From the NCBI GenBank assembly GCA_963748015.1, contig CAVVHE010000004.1, positions 1,984,001 through 2,048,000 on the forward strand: DNA of 64,000 nt, written 5' to 3'. Positions 22,065 to 32,763 of the stretch are shown in pieces; position 1 is the first letter of the stretch; every line of letters begins with the position of its first letter. A program made the position numbers and the translations under genes. The notes beneath the pieces were generated by a model. That model did no database searches. It saw only the letters and a program-made list of their open reading frames with translations, and was not told the DNA's origin. The stretch is from Terriglobia bacterium (GTDB lineage Bacteria > Acidobacteriota > Polarisedimenticolia > Polarisedimenticolales > JAIQFR01).

Positions 22065-23174
22065 ATGAAACGCATGGTCAGGATCCTGGTGACCCTCGTG
22101 ATCATCTCCGCCGCCGCTCTGGGGGCATACGCCTTTCTCCATGGCCGCGAATCGGGCGACGACGGGCTCAAGCTCGTCGACGTCGCCCGCGGCGCGATCA
22201 CCGAGAAGGCGGTCGCGGTGGGCCAGATCGAGCCCCGGCTCAAGTTCCACGTGAAGTCCAAGATCTCCGGAAACGTCAAGCGCTGCGCCGCCGAGGTCGG
22301 CCAGATCGTGAGCCCCGGCGACCCGCTCTTCGAGATCGTTCCCGATCCCACCCCGTCCGAGATCATCGACGCCGAGCGCCGCGTGGAGATGACGCAGGCC
22401 GCCTTCGACCGGGCCGCGGCGGATTTCGGGCGCGCCGAGGAGCTGTCGCGCTCCGGCGTGCTCGCGCGCGGCGACTACGACGCGAGGCGCGAGGCGTACG
22501 AGCAGACCCGCATCTCCCTCGCCCAGGCGAAGGACAGTCTCGAGATGCTCCGGAAGGGGCGGGTCACCGGCGGCAGCGCGGGCCTCGAGTCGGTCGTCCG
22601 CGCGCCGGCGGGCGGCACGCTGCTCGAGCGGCTGGTGAACCCCGGCGACCCCGTCGTCCCGCTCACCTCCTACCAGGCCGGCACCGACCTGGCCACGATC
22701 GCGGACATGAGGGACCTGGTGTTCAAGGGGACCGTGGACGAGATCGACGTCGGCAAGCTCAAGGTCGGCCTTCCCGTGAGGTTCCGTATCGGAGCCCTTC
22801 CCGACGCGAAGGTGACCGGCCGCTTGAGCCGGATCGCCCCCCAGGCCAAGGAGAAGGACAACGCGAAGCTCTTCGAGGTGGAGATCGAGCTCGATCCCTC
22901 CGCCTCGACGGTCCTGCGCGCCGGCTACTCGGCCAACGCCGACGTCGTGATCCGCGAGATGGAGGACGTGCTGCTGGTCCCGGAGCGCCTCGTGACCTTC
23001 GAGGACGGCGGGAAGAAGGCGTCGGTCGAGGTGCCCGGGATCGGCCCCAAGGATCCGCCGCGCAAGGTCGAGATCAAGACCGGCCTCTCCGACGGTCTCA
23101 ACGTCGAGGTGGCTTCCGGTCTCAAGCAGGGCGACAAGGTCGTCCAGCGTCCTCCCAAGGAGATCAAGGGGTAG
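22065..23174 (+). CDS. Membrane-fusion protein 4 (MacA-like), first gene of divergent operon
   Basis: TM anchor, 'VKSKISGNV', 'VRAPAGGTLL', 'VDEIDVGKLKVG', 'LRAGYSANADV'. Confidence 0.92.
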   Translation: MKRMVRILVTLVIISAAALGAYAFLHGRESGDDGLKLVDVARGAITEKAVAVGQIEPRLKFHVKSKISGNVKRCAAEVGQIVSPGDPLFEIVPDPTPSEIIDAERRVEMTQAAFDRAAADFGRAEELSRSGVLARGDYDARREAYEQTRISLAQAKDSLEMLRKGRVTGGSAGLESVVRAPAGGTLLERLVNPGDPVVPLTSYQAGTDLATIADMRDLVFKGTVDEIDVGKLKVGLPVRFRIGALPDAKVTGRLSRIAPQAKEKDNAKLFEVEIELDPSASTVLRAGYSANADVVIREMEDVLLVPERLVTFEDGGKKASVEVPGIGPKDPPRKVEIKTGLSDGLNVEVASGLKQGDKVVQRPPKEIKG

Positions 23175-23180
23175 CCGGCC

Positions 23181-24409
23181 GTGAGCCCTCTGATCACGCT
23201 CCGCCAGCTGACGCGGGACCTCAGGAGCCAGAAGCTCCGCACCGCGCTGACCGCCTTCGGGATCGTGTGGGGCACGACGGCGGTGAGCCTGCTGCTGGCG
23301 TTCGGGCAGGGATTCAAGGAGCAGCTGCACCGCAACGCGGCGGGCCTCGGCGAGAACATCGTGATCGCCTGGCCGTCGCTGACCTCGATCCCGTTCGAGG
23401 GGCTCGGCAAGGGGCGCCGCATCCAACTCGACGAGGAGGACATCGACCTCGTCCGCGCCAAGGCGCAGGGGCTCCTGGCCGCCTCGACGCGAGTACATCG
23501 CGACGCTCAAGCTCAACCACGGGACGCGAACGCTCGCGGTGGACATCTCCGGCATCGCAGCCGGTCTTCGGGGAGCTGCGGAACCTCATCCCCTCCGCGG
23601 GAGGCCGGTTCATCAACGACCTCGACGAGCGGGACAAGCGCAGAAGCGTGTTCCTCGGCGACGCCCTCGCGAAGGACCTGTTCGGCTCCGTGGATCCCGT
23701 GGGGCAGACGGTGCAGCTCGCCGGCTCCCCCTTCCAGGTGATCGGGGTGCTCAAGAAGAAGGGGCAGGACTCGAACTACAACGGGCGAGACGAGGGGAAG
23801 GCGTTCATCCCCGGCTCGACGTACCGCGCGCTGACCGGCGAGCGGTATCTCAACAACTTCATCTTCAAGTCCGTGTCGAGCGGCGGCACCGAGGCGCTCA
23901 AGAAGGACGTCTTGGCGATCCTCGCGGCGAAGCACCGGTTCGATCCCGAGGACAAGGAAGCGCTGATGATCTGGGACACCACCGAGATGTTCCAGTTCTT
24001 CGACACGTTCATGCTCGCCTTCCGGCTCTTCCTCGGGATCGTCGGCTCGCTGACCCTCGTCGTGGGGGGGATCGGCGTCTCCAACATCATGAACGTCGTC
24101 GTCGAGGAGAGGACCCGCGAGATCGGGATCAAGCTCGCCCTCGGCGCGCGGCCGTCCTGGATCCTCGGGCAGTTCCTCCTCGAGACGCTCGTGCTGACGG
24201 CGGCCGGGGGCGCCGTCGGGCTGGCGCTCTCCGCCGGGATCTGCGCGGTGTTCCCGGAGGGGTTCGTGGAGTTCGTCGGGCGCCCCGAGATCTCCCCCAC
24301 GGTCGCGGGCGTGACCACGGCGCTCCTCGGCGCCGTGGGGATCCTCGCCGGTTACTTCCCGGCGCGCGACGCGGCGGCCCTCGACCCCGTCGTCGCGATG
24401 AAGATGTGA
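23181..24409 (+). CDS. MacB-like ABC permease with two +1 frameshifts (~23489, ~23557)
   Basis: 'QKLRTALTAFGIVWG', middle 'EYIATLKLNHGTRTLAVDISGI' and C-part 'GGIGVSNIMNVVVEERTREIGIK' lie in three successive frames. Confidence 0.85.
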
Positions 24410-24416
24410 GGAGGCG

Positions 24417-25677
24417 ATGGCGGCCAGCGGAACCGGCATCGCGCTGCAGCTGTTCGCCCGGTCCTCCCGGGTGGGAAGGAAGCGTGCCGTCCTCACGATC
24501 ATGTCGATCGCCTGGGGCTCGCTGGCCCTCCTGCTCCTGCTCGCGTTCGGCGAGGGACTGAAGCTGCAGCTGCAGAAGGCGCGGGCCGGGATGGGGAGCC
24601 GGATCGCGATCGTGTGGCCCGGCGAGACCGGCAAGTCGTGGCAAGGCCTCCCCTCGGGGCGGCCGATCCGTCCGCGCATCGACGACCTCGAGATGCTCCG
24701 GGGGCGCATCCCCGGGCTCGCCGAGGCGGTCGGCGAGATCACCAACTGGCGCGTGAGCCTCACCAACGGGCGGAAGACCGTGACGGGCCGGGTGATCGGC
24801 GCGAGCTGGCAGTACGGCGAGATCCGCAACCACATCGCCCGGGAAGGAGGGCGGTTCCTCGACGCCGAGGACGAGCGCGAGCGGCGCCGCGTGATCTTCC
24901 TCGGGGACGAGCTGGCGAAGGACCTCTACGGGAAGGACGACCCGGTCGGACGCCAGCTCCTCGTGGACCGGACCCCGTACACGGTGGTCGGGGTGCTCCA
25001 GAAGAAGCTGCAGATGGGGATGTACGGCGGCCCCGACGCGGGCCACGCGGTCGTGCCGATCACCACGTTCCGGGCGCAGTACGGCCGGGAGCAGCTTTCG
25101 AACCTCGTGCTCCAGGCCGAGCGGCCGCAGGACATGCCGGCGGTGCTCAAGGAGTTCCGCGCGGTGCTCGGCCGCGAAGTACGGCTTCGATCCGGAAGAC
25201 GAGCGGGCCGTGGGCGTCTGGGACACGGTGAACGAGGACAAGTTCCTGACGAACATGCTGATCGGCATCCAGCTCTTCCTCGGGATCATCGGCGCGATGA
25301 CGCTGACCATCGGCGGCGTCGGCGTGGCGAACATCATGTACGCCACGGTCAAGGAGAGGACGCGGGAGATCGGGGTCAAGATGGCGCTCGGCGCGCGGCC
25401 GTCCTGGATCACGGGGCCGCTCGTCCTCGAGGCGCTCACCTACACCCTCGTCGGCGGGCTCCTCGGACTCCTCGGGGCGGTGGCCCTCATCGCGCTCCTC
25501 GATCTCGTCCCGGTCGAGGGGAACCAGGCGCTCGAGTTCCTCGGGAAGCCGACGCTGTCGCTGCCGATCGGCGCGATCGCCGCGGCGATCCTGGGGCTCG
25601 TCGGACTTCTCGCGGGGTACTTCCCCGCGCGGCGCGCGGCGTCGGTGGACCCCGCCGAGACGCTGCGCTACGAGTGA
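24417..25677 (+). CDS. MacB-like ABC permease with one +1 frameshift (~25176)
   Basis: 'RAVLTIMSIAWG' N-part; after the shift 'KYGFDPEDERAVGVWD...GGVGVANIMYATVKERTREIGVK...DPAETLRYE'. Confidence 0.87.
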
Positions 25678-25690
25678 CGCGGAGGCTGCC

Positions 25691-26426
25691 ATGAACATGT
25701 TCCGCAAGCGTAACGGCGAAGGCATCCGGGAACGGCGCGGTCATCCGGATGGCGGGGATCCGCAGGACCTACGACACCGGGAAGGTGCGCGTCGAGGCCC
25801 TGCGCGGGATCGATCTCAGCGTGCGCGCCGGGGAGTTCGTGGCGATCGTGGGCCCGTCGGGGTCGGGCAAGTCCACCCTCATGAACCTCATCGGCTGCCT
25901 CGATACGCCCACCGCGGGCGAGTACGAGCTGCTCGGCGAGCCGGTCGGCGGGCTCGACCGCGCCCAGCTCGCCGCGGTACGCAACCGCCGGGTCGGCTTC
26001 GTGTTCCAGAACTTCAACCTGCTGCCGCAGATCTCCGCGTTCGAGAACGTCGAGATGCCCCTGCTGTTCGGCGGCGTCGCGAGGCGAGAGCGCCGCAAGC
26101 GGGTCGAGGAGCTGCTCTCCCGCGTCGGGCTCGCCGGCCGCATGGACCACAAGCCCACGGAGCTGTCGGGAGGCGAGATGCAGCGCGTCGCGATCGCCCG
26201 CGCCCTCGCCATGGACCCGGCGATCGTCCTCGCGGACGAGCCGACCGGGAACCTCGACACGAGCTCGGGGGGCGACATCATGGGGCTCTTCGAGGAGCTG
26301 TGGAAGCAGGGGCGCACGCTGATCGTGATCACCCACGATGCCGCCCTGGCGCGCCGCGCCGGCCGCGTCGTCGAGATCCGCGACGGCGAGATCCTCCGTG
26401 ACACCGGCGCCCCCGCGGCTGCCTAG
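25691..26426 (+). CDS. ABC ATPase (LolD/MacB family); likely true start 25691 with +1 frameshift before 25749
   Basis: Walker A GPSGSGKST, LSGGEMQR, DEPTGNLD, H-loop ITHD; SD GGAGG precedes ATG 25691. Confidence 0.92.
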
Positions 26427-26469
26427 TGCCAGGAGGCAATGCCGTCCCTCTTCGCCTAGACTAGAGCGG

Positions 26470-28017
26470 ATGTCAGGCAAGCGCCGGGCCGTCGCATTCG
26501 CCGTCGCGATCCTCGCGGCCGCCGTCGTCTCGCCCCTTCGCGCGGGCAAGTCCGCGGAGGTGCGCACCGAGTCGTTCCGCCTGCTGAACGAGGGGGTCGC
26601 GGCGTACAACCGCGGGGAGTACCAGCTGGCCGCGGAGAGGCTCGGCGCCTCGGCCTCGATGGCCCTGAACTCGTTCCGCGCGTACTACTACCTCGGGCTC
26701 GCGCTGATCGGCGACCGGCGGGCCTCGGAAGCGGTGGACGCGCTGACCGTCGCGCTCGACCTCGACCCGAGCCAGATGCTCGCGCACGTCGCCATGGGAG
26801 ACGCCCAGCTCAAGAGGGGCGATTCGGCCGAAGCCTCCGCGGCATACTACCGCGCCCTCAAGCTCCGCGCGGAGTTCGCGCCGGCCCTCGACGGGATCGC
26901 CCGCACCTACGAAGCGCAGGAGGACGACGAGAAGGCGCTCGCATTCTTCCGGCGCGCCATCGCGAGCAACAAGGGGTACGCCGAGTCGTACGTCCACCTG
27001 GGCGACCTGTACCTGCGGCAGGGCCGCGTCGCGGACGCGATCCGACTGCTTCTCGAGGCGGTGACGATCCGGCCGGACTTCGCTCCCGGGCTGAACCGCC
27101 TGGCGCTGGCGTACAACCGCCTCGACCTGCAGAACGAGGCCGTCGCGACGATCCGCAAGGCGATCTCGCTCGAGCCGAAGTCGGCCGACCATCGGGCCAC
27201 GCTCGGCCTGATCCAGCTGGCGCTCGGCCTCCCCGCCGGCGCCGAGGCGTCGTTCAAGGAAGCGCTCGCGCTCGAGCCCGGCCACATCCCGGCCCGCGAA
27301 GGCATGGCGGAGATCGAGCGCCGCCGCGGCGCCTACGAGCCCGCGCTCGCCCAGCTGGACACGATCCTGGCGGAGCCGCGGCTCGAGACCCCGGAGCGGA
27401 AGCGGCTGGTGGACCGGCGCGCCGCCGTCGCCGCCGAGCGCGACCGCTTCGCGGCCCTCGAGGCGGGCCTCTCGTCGGGCGCCGCCTCGCCGGACGACCT
27501 CAGGTCCCTCGCCGCGATCTACGCTTCGCGAGGCGAGTGGGAGAAGGCGGCCGACCTCGAGACCCGAAGCGCCACCGAGGGAGCGGCCCGCGAGTATCTC
27601 GGCTACTACCTGTTGCGCGCGGGGAAATTCCGCGCGGCCCACGACATCTACGCCAAGATCGCCGGCGAATCCAAGCGGGCCGATCTGTGGGTCAACGACG
27701 GCGTGGCGCTCGCCGGCGTCGGGGACGACGTCGCGGCCGCCGCGTCGTTCGAGCGCGCGCTCGCGATCGACCCCGCGCAGCCCAGGGCGCGCCTCTACCT
27801 CGGCAACGCCCTGCTGCGCCGCGGGCGCACGGCCGAGGCCGCCGCCGAGTTCAAGCGCTTCGTGGAGGACTATCCCGACGTCGAGCCGGCCGAGCGAGCG
27901 CGCCGGATCCTGGCCGAGATCGCCCCGGGCGCCCTGCCGCCTCCCCCGCCTCCCGCGGGCTCTCCCGCGAGTCCCGCTCCCCCGCCGCCGCCGAAGAAGG
28001 AGGAGACGTCGAAATGA
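26470..28017 (+). CDS. Secreted multi-TPR protein with Pro-rich tail
   Basis: Signal peptide; repeated TPR motifs (YYYLGLAL, YVHLGDLYL, RLYLGNAL); C-terminal poly-Pro. Confidence 0.85.
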   Translation: MSGKRRAVAFAVAILAAAVVSPLRAGKSAEVRTESFRLLNEGVAAYNRGEYQLAAERLGASASMALNSFRAYYYLGLALIGDRRASEAVDALTVALDLDPSQMLAHVAMGDAQLKRGDSAEASAAYYRALKLRAEFAPALDGIARTYEAQEDDEKALAFFRRAIASNKGYAESYVHLGDLYLRQGRVADAIRLLLEAVTIRPDFAPGLNRLALAYNRLDLQNEAVATIRKAISLEPKSADHRATLGLIQLALGLPAGAEASFKEALALEPGHIPAREGMAEIERRRGAYEPALAQLDTILAEPRLETPERKRLVDRRAAVAAERDRFAALEAGLSSGAASPDDLRSLAAIYASRGEWEKAADLETRSATEGAAREYLGYYLLRAGKFRAAHDIYAKIAGESKRADLWVNDGVALAGVGDDVAAAASFERALAIDPAQPRARLYLGNALLRRGRTAEAAAEFKRFVEDYPDVEPAERARRILAEIAPGALPPPPPPAGSPASPAPPPPPKKEETSK

Positions 28018-29210
28018 CGCGCCGCGCCCTGCTCGCCGTCCTGGCGGCGGCTCTCGCCGCGGCCCTCCTCGCCCCCGCGCCGCGCGCGCAGGACGCCGAG
28101 CGCCGCCGCGGCTTCTCCATCCAGGTCACGAGCCCCGAGAACCAGGACGTGGTCCTCGGCAAGTCCCCGATCACGGCGAAGGTGAAGATCGATAGGCCGG
28201 AGGACGTGGACCGCGTCGAGTTCCTCGTGAACGACAAGGTCATCTTCGTGGACCGGGAGCCGCCCTACGAGTGCATGTTCGATTTCGGCGAGTCGACCCG
28301 CTCGTGGGTGATCCGCGCGGTGGCCTACCACAAGGAAGGGATCACGGTCAGCGACGCCGTCGTGACGCGCAAGCTCGACGTCGCCTACTTCGAGCAGGTC
28401 AACCGCGTCATCCTCTGGGCGAGCGTCACCGACAAGAAGGACCAGTTCGTGACCGACCTCAAGAGCGGCGACCTCCGAGTGTTCGAGGAAGGGAAAGAGC
28501 AGACGATCCAGGAGTTCGCCGCGGAGGACCGCCCGATCACCCTCGCGATCCTGATCGACACCTCCGGCTCGATGAAGGAGCGCATGAAGGACGTCCACTC
28601 CGCGGCGGGCGCTTTCGTGGACACGCTGAGGCCGGACGACCGCGCCCTGGTGATCGCGTTCGACGACAAGGTGTTCCTCCTGCAGGACCTGACCGCCGAC
28701 AAGAACGCGATGAAGGAGTCGATCACCAGCACCGAGGCCCTCGGGGCGACGGCGATCTACGACGCGCTGCACGCGGCCTTCCGCAAGCTGCGGGGGATCC
28801 AGGGGCGCAAGGCGATCGTCCTGCTGACGGACGGCGACGACACGTCGAGCCAGTTCGGTCACTCGAGGATCCTCGAGGAAGCCAAGGCGCAGAACGTGTT
28901 GATCTACGGCATCGGGCTCGACGTCGGCATGATCGACCTCAGCCGGAAGAACGTCCTGAAGGAGTTCTCGGACGTCACCGGCGGGCGGCCCTACTTCGTC
29001 AAGGAGGCGAAGGAGCTGGCCGGGGTCTACCAGCAGATCGCGGAGGAGCTTCGCCGGCAGTACTTCGTGACCTACTCGACCTCGAACAAGACCTGGGACG
29101 GCCGCTGGATCAAGGTGGAGGTCAAGGCGAAGAACTCCGACTACTCGGTGCGCGCGCGGCGCGGGTTCTTCGCCGTTCGCTCCGCCGCGTCGGGCGGCTC
29201 CGCTCCCTAG
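28014..29210 (+). CDS. Secreted Ig-like + VWA (MIDAS) domain protein
   Basis: Signal peptide, Ig-like 'VEFLVND...DREPPYE', MIDAS DTSGS, TAIYDAL, LLTDGDD; ATGA overlap with the TPR gene. Confidence 0.88.
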   Translation: MTRRALLAVLAAALAAALLAPAPRAQDAERRRGFSIQVTSPENQDVVLGKSPITAKVKIDRPEDVDRVEFLVNDKVIFVDREPPYECMFDFGESTRSWVIRAVAYHKEGITVSDAVVTRKLDVAYFEQVNRVILWASVTDKKDQFVTDLKSGDLRVFEEGKEQTIQEFAAEDRPITLAILIDTSGSMKERMKDVHSAAGAFVDTLRPDDRALVIAFDDKVFLLQDLTADKNAMKESITSTEALGATAIYDALHAAFRKLRGIQGRKAIVLLTDGDDTSSQFGHSRILEEAKAQNVLIYGIGLDVGMIDLSRKNVLKEFSDVTGGRPYFVKEAKELAGVYQQIAEELRRQYFVTYSTSNKTWDGRWIKVEVKAKNSDYSVRARRGFFAVRSAASGGSAP

Positions 29211-29221
29211 CCCTCGCCTTC

Positions 29222-30043
29222 CTACTCTCCCCCGTAGAGGATCTCCGTGCGCGTCAGACGCCGCGCCGCGAACGCGACGGCCACGACCGCGACCGCCACG
29301 AGGCCGGGGACGGCGATCCATGGAGAGGTCGGCGCGGCGATGATCGCCAGCGGTCCTTCGGGAGGGGCGACGGGGAGCAGCGACTCGATGTGGTGGGCGA
29401 CGCTGAAGTTCTTGAGCGCCGCGGGGAGGAGGAAGACGATCGACTCCCAGCCGAGGATCGCCAGGGCGGGAACGATCGGCTGGCGGAAGACGACCCCCAC
29501 CGCGAGGAAAACCGCCCCGTATCCGACGCAGGCGAGCGACGTGCCCGCGAGATAGGCGAGGAGCTCCGCGACGCCGCCCGGACCGGCCAGCTTCTCCGCG
29601 AGCGCGGCTTTACCGCTCACGCCCTGGATGGCGACCCACGTCAGGGCCGTCGTCGCGCCGAAGGCCGACAGCGTCACGGCGAGCCCCGCCGCGAACTTCC
29701 CGGCCACCAGCACGCTTCGCCGGACGGGCGCCAGGAACCAGTAGTGGAGGCTCCTGTCCAGGATCTCGCCGCGGACGAGCGGCGCGAAGGCCATCATGCA
29801 GCCGAAGAACACGGTGAAGCGGAGGATCAGCACCCGGTACACCATCGCGTAGACCATCGTCGGGGCGTAGTGCCTAGACGGCCGATCGAAGAGCACCGCG
29901 GCCGCGAGGCGCGCGCCGCAGAGCGCCAGCGGGACCCCCGCGGCGATGGCGAGCCCGAGCAGCTGGCGGGCGCCGAGCCGCCTGCGAAGCTCGAGCGCCG
30001 CGACGGTCGACGCCTGGCGCCGCCACAGGGACCAACGGGTCAT
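29222..30043 (-). CDS. ABC-2-type permease
   Basis: About six TM segments; '[17 protein letters not shown]' motif. Confidence 0.8.
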   Translation of the reverse strand: MTRWSLWRRQASTVAALELRRRLGARQLLGLAIAAGVPLALCGARLAAAVLFDRPSRHYAPTMVYAMVYRVLILRFTVFFGCMMAFAPLVRGEILDRSLHYWFLAPVRRSVLVAGKFAAGLAVTLSAFGATTALTWVAIQGVSGKAALAEKLAGPGGVAELLAYLAGTSLACVGYGAVFLAVGVVFRQPIVPALAILGWESIVFLLPAALKNFSVAHHIESLLPVAPPEGPLAIIAAPTSPWIAVPGLVAVAVVAVAFAARRLTRTEILYGGE

Positions 30044-30987
30044 GACGGCCCTCCGTCACCCTCGATCAGGTAGCGATACACGGCATGGACGTCGTCGTCG
30101 GCGGGAGCGACTTCCTCGATCTCGAGGCCCATCTCCGCGACGAGACGGTTCAGAAGCAGGTAGAAGCCGTCCGCGTCGCGGGTCCTCACGAGAAGCCCCT
30201 TCCCGTCGTCGTGCAGGCGCGCCTCGACGGCGCTGTCCCCCTCGAAGACCCGGGCGGCGAGGAGCGAGGGCCGGTCGCAGCGGACCGAAACCTGCAGCGG
30301 CCGTCCCGTGACCTCGGCACGTACGCCACGGATGGCCCCTTCGGCCACGACGTGCCCGTTGTGGAACAGGATGACCTGATCGGACAACAGGTCCACCTCG
30401 TGCAGGATGTGACTCGAGAGGATCACGAACCGGCCCTCGTCGGCGAGCCCGCGGAAGACGTCGATCGCCTCGGCCCGCGCCATCGGGTCGAGGCCGTTCA
30501 GCGGCTCGTCCAGGACGAGGACGCGCGGGTCGTGGGCGAGGGCTTGCGCCAGCCGGATGCGCTGCCTCATCCCCTTGCTGTAGGCCGCGACTTTGCGGCC
30601 CGCCGCGTCGGACAGGTTCGCCCGCTCGATCGCCCGCGCGGCGCGCTCCCCCGCTTCCGCGCGGGACAGGCCGTGCAGCCGCAGCGCCGCCGCGACGAAG
30701 CCGAAACCGGTCATCCCGGCGGGGAAGCTGTCGTACTGGGTGCAGTACCCGACCAGTCGGAAGAGCGTCTCCGGATCGTCGGTGGCGGCGCCGAGGACCT
30801 CGACCCGCCCCTTCGTCGGGCGCAGCAGCCCGGTCATCAGGTTCATCAGGGTCGTCTTTCCCGCGCCGTTCGGCCCCACGAGGCTCGTGATGCCGGGGCC
30901 GATGGACAGGTTCACGCGGTTGACGCCGAGCACCTCTCCGTAGAATTTCGAGACGTTCTCGAAGACGATCCGGTCCGGGGCGCTCAT
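30040..30987 (-). CDS. ABC transporter ATP-binding protein
   Basis: [30 protein letters not shown]. Confidence 0.93.
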   Translation of the reverse strand: MSAPDRIVFENVSKFYGEVLGVNRVNLSIGPGITSLVGPNGAGKTTLMNLMTGLLRPTKGRVEVLGAATDDPETLFRLVGYCTQYDSFPAGMTGFGFVAAALRLHGLSRAEAGERAARAIERANLSDAAGRKVAAYSKGMRQRIRLAQALAHDPRVLVLDEPLNGLDPMARAEAIDVFRGLADEGRFVILSSHILHEVDLLSDQVILFHNGHVVAEGAIRGVRAEVTGRPLQVSVRCDRPSLLAARVFEGDSAVEARLHDDGKGLLVRTRDADGFYLLLNRLVAEMGLEIEEVAPADDDVHAVYRYLIEGDGGPS

Positions 30988-31847
30988 CGCACCACTTCCT
31001 TGGCCTTGAGGCGACGCGCGAGCACGAGGACGCAAACGCCGCACAGCAAGGGCAGCGCGACGAACGGCGCGGCGCCGGGCAGCTGGACCGGTAGCGGCAC
31101 CTCGTACAACCCCGAGAGAAGGGTGGCCATCAAGACGCCGAGGTTGCAGATCTGGCCCAGGTGAGTCCTGAAGATCGCGTCGATCGCCGCGCCGATCCAC
31201 GCCCCACCGAGGACCGCGCCGACCAGGAGGCTCTGGGCAGCGACCTTCCGGCGGGTGAGGGCCGAGGCGGCCAGCGCCATGAGCGACAGCACGAGGATCC
31301 AGACGAAGCTCCCGGCCAGGATTGCGACCGGGAGGTGAAGGTGCTCCCGGGTCCAGGCCCCCTCGGCGAGAATCGCCTGCAGCCCGAACAGGAGAAGCCC
31401 CGGGGCCCACGTGACCGCCGAGAGCAGCAGCACCAGCACCGCGAGCTTCCCGACAACGTATCCCGACTTCGACAGCGGCCGCGACAGGTAGAGCGGCAGC
31501 GCGTTGTTCGCGAGGTCGGAGGAAATGAGGCCCGGCCCGACGAGCAGGGCGAGGATCCCGCCGAACGCGAAGGACTGCCACGACATCAGCACCATGAAGA
31601 AGAGGGAGTCGACCTGGCTCATGCGCGAGAGCTGCACGCCCAGCGCTTCCAGCGCCTTGACGTTGTAGCGCAGGTAGATGAAGACCGCGGCGCCGATCGG
31701 CAGGAGGAATGACGCCGTGAAGACGATCGTCGCGAGGCGCGAGCGGAACGCTTCCCGGAGCGCGTAGCGCATCACGACGACGAGCCGCCGCGCCGGGTCG
31801 GTCATCGGGCCCGAGTAGGGTCGGTAGCTCCGGTCATGCACCGCCAC
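30984..31847 (-). CDS. ABC-2-type permease
   Basis: Multi-TM; '[20 protein letters not shown]' motif. Confidence 0.82.
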   Translation of the reverse strand: MAVHDRSYRPYSGPMTDPARRLVVVMRYALREAFRSRLATIVFTASFLLPIGAAVFIYLRYNVKALEALGVQLSRMSQVDSLFFMVLMSWQSFAFGGILALLVGPGLISSDLANNALPLYLSRPLSKSGYVVGKLAVLVLLLSAVTWAPGLLLFGLQAILAEGAWTREHLHLPVAILAGSFVWILVLSLMALAASALTRRKVAAQSLLVGAVLGGAWIGAAIDAIFRTHLGQICNLGVLMATLLSGLYEVPLPVQLPGAAPFVALPLLCGVCVLVLARRLKAKEVVR

Positions 31848-32763
31848 GGCCGTCCTCCATGGCGCGCACGAAGATGTCCTGCAGCGAGTCGCGCTTGTAA
31901 TCGAGGCGCCGGATCTGGATCTCCTTCGCGGCGGCGATGCGATAGAGGTCGCCGACCACCACGTGATCCGGGAGCACCATCTTGATCCGGCCCTGCCCAA
32001 GTAGCGCGCAGGTGCATCCCAGCCGCTCGGCCGCGTCGGCGAACGCCTTCTCGTCGCCGGGGGTCTCGATGTGGATGAACTTCCTGTTGGCGCGGCGCTC
32101 GGCCTCGAGGTCGCAGTAGTCGGCCACCCTGCCGTCCTTGAGGATCAGGACTTCCTCGCAGCACTCCTCGACGTCGCGCAGCAGGTGCGACGAGACCACC
32201 ACCTTCGTTTCCCCCGAGTCGCGGATCTCGCGGATCAGGCGCAGCATCCGCGAGCGGCCCGGCGGGTCGAGCCCGTTGGTCGGCTCGTCGAGGAACAGCA
32301 GGCTGGGCGCGTGGACGATCGCCTGGGCGAGCTTCACCATCTGCTTCATGCCCAGCGAGAAAGTCTCCAGCTTACGGTAGCGCGCCTCCCCCAGTCCGAC
32401 GTATTGAAGGGCGTCGTGGGCCCGCTCGAGCGCCGCCTCGGCGGGGAGTCCGGAGACCTCCGCCATGAGGCGCACGAAGCGCACCGCGGTCATCCCGGCG
32501 ATGAACGCGTCGCTCTCCGGCATGTAGCCCACCCGCGCGCGGACATCGGGGCCGGCCCGCCGGATGTCCGTTCCGAACAGCCTCGCGGTCCCCCCGTGCG
32601 GGGGATGAAAGCCCAGCAGGGTGTGGATCAGGGTGGTCTTCCCCGCGCCGTTGGGCCCCAGGAGACCGATGGCGCGCCCGGCTAGGACGGCCCGCAGGTC
32701 GTTCAGGACCGGCCGGCCTCCGAGGCGCACCGAGAGGCCATCGAGTTCCACCGCCGCGGTCAT
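31834..32763 (-). CDS. ABC transporter ATP-binding protein
   Basis: [29 protein letters not shown]. Confidence 0.93.
   Translation of the reverse strand: MTAAVELDGLSVRLGGRPVLNDLRAVLAGRAIGLLGPNGAGKTTLIHTLLGFHPPHGGTARLFGTDIRRAGPDVRARVGYMPESDAFIAGMTAVRFVRLMAEVSGLPAEAALERAHDALQYVGLGEARYRKLETFSLGMKQMVKLAQAIVHAPSLLFLDEPTNGLDPPGRSRMLRLIREIRDSGETKVVVSSHLLRDVEECCEEVLILKDGRVADYCDLEAERRANRKFIHIETPGDEKAFADAAERLGCTCALLGQGRIKMVLPDHVVVGDLYRIAAAKEIQIRRLDYKRDSLQDIFVRAMEDGRGGA

Noticed and set aside
23481..25749. Programmed ribosomal frameshifting in the ABC operon
   Set aside because: No slippery heptamers or homopolymer runs; the shared extra-G signature points to sequence error.
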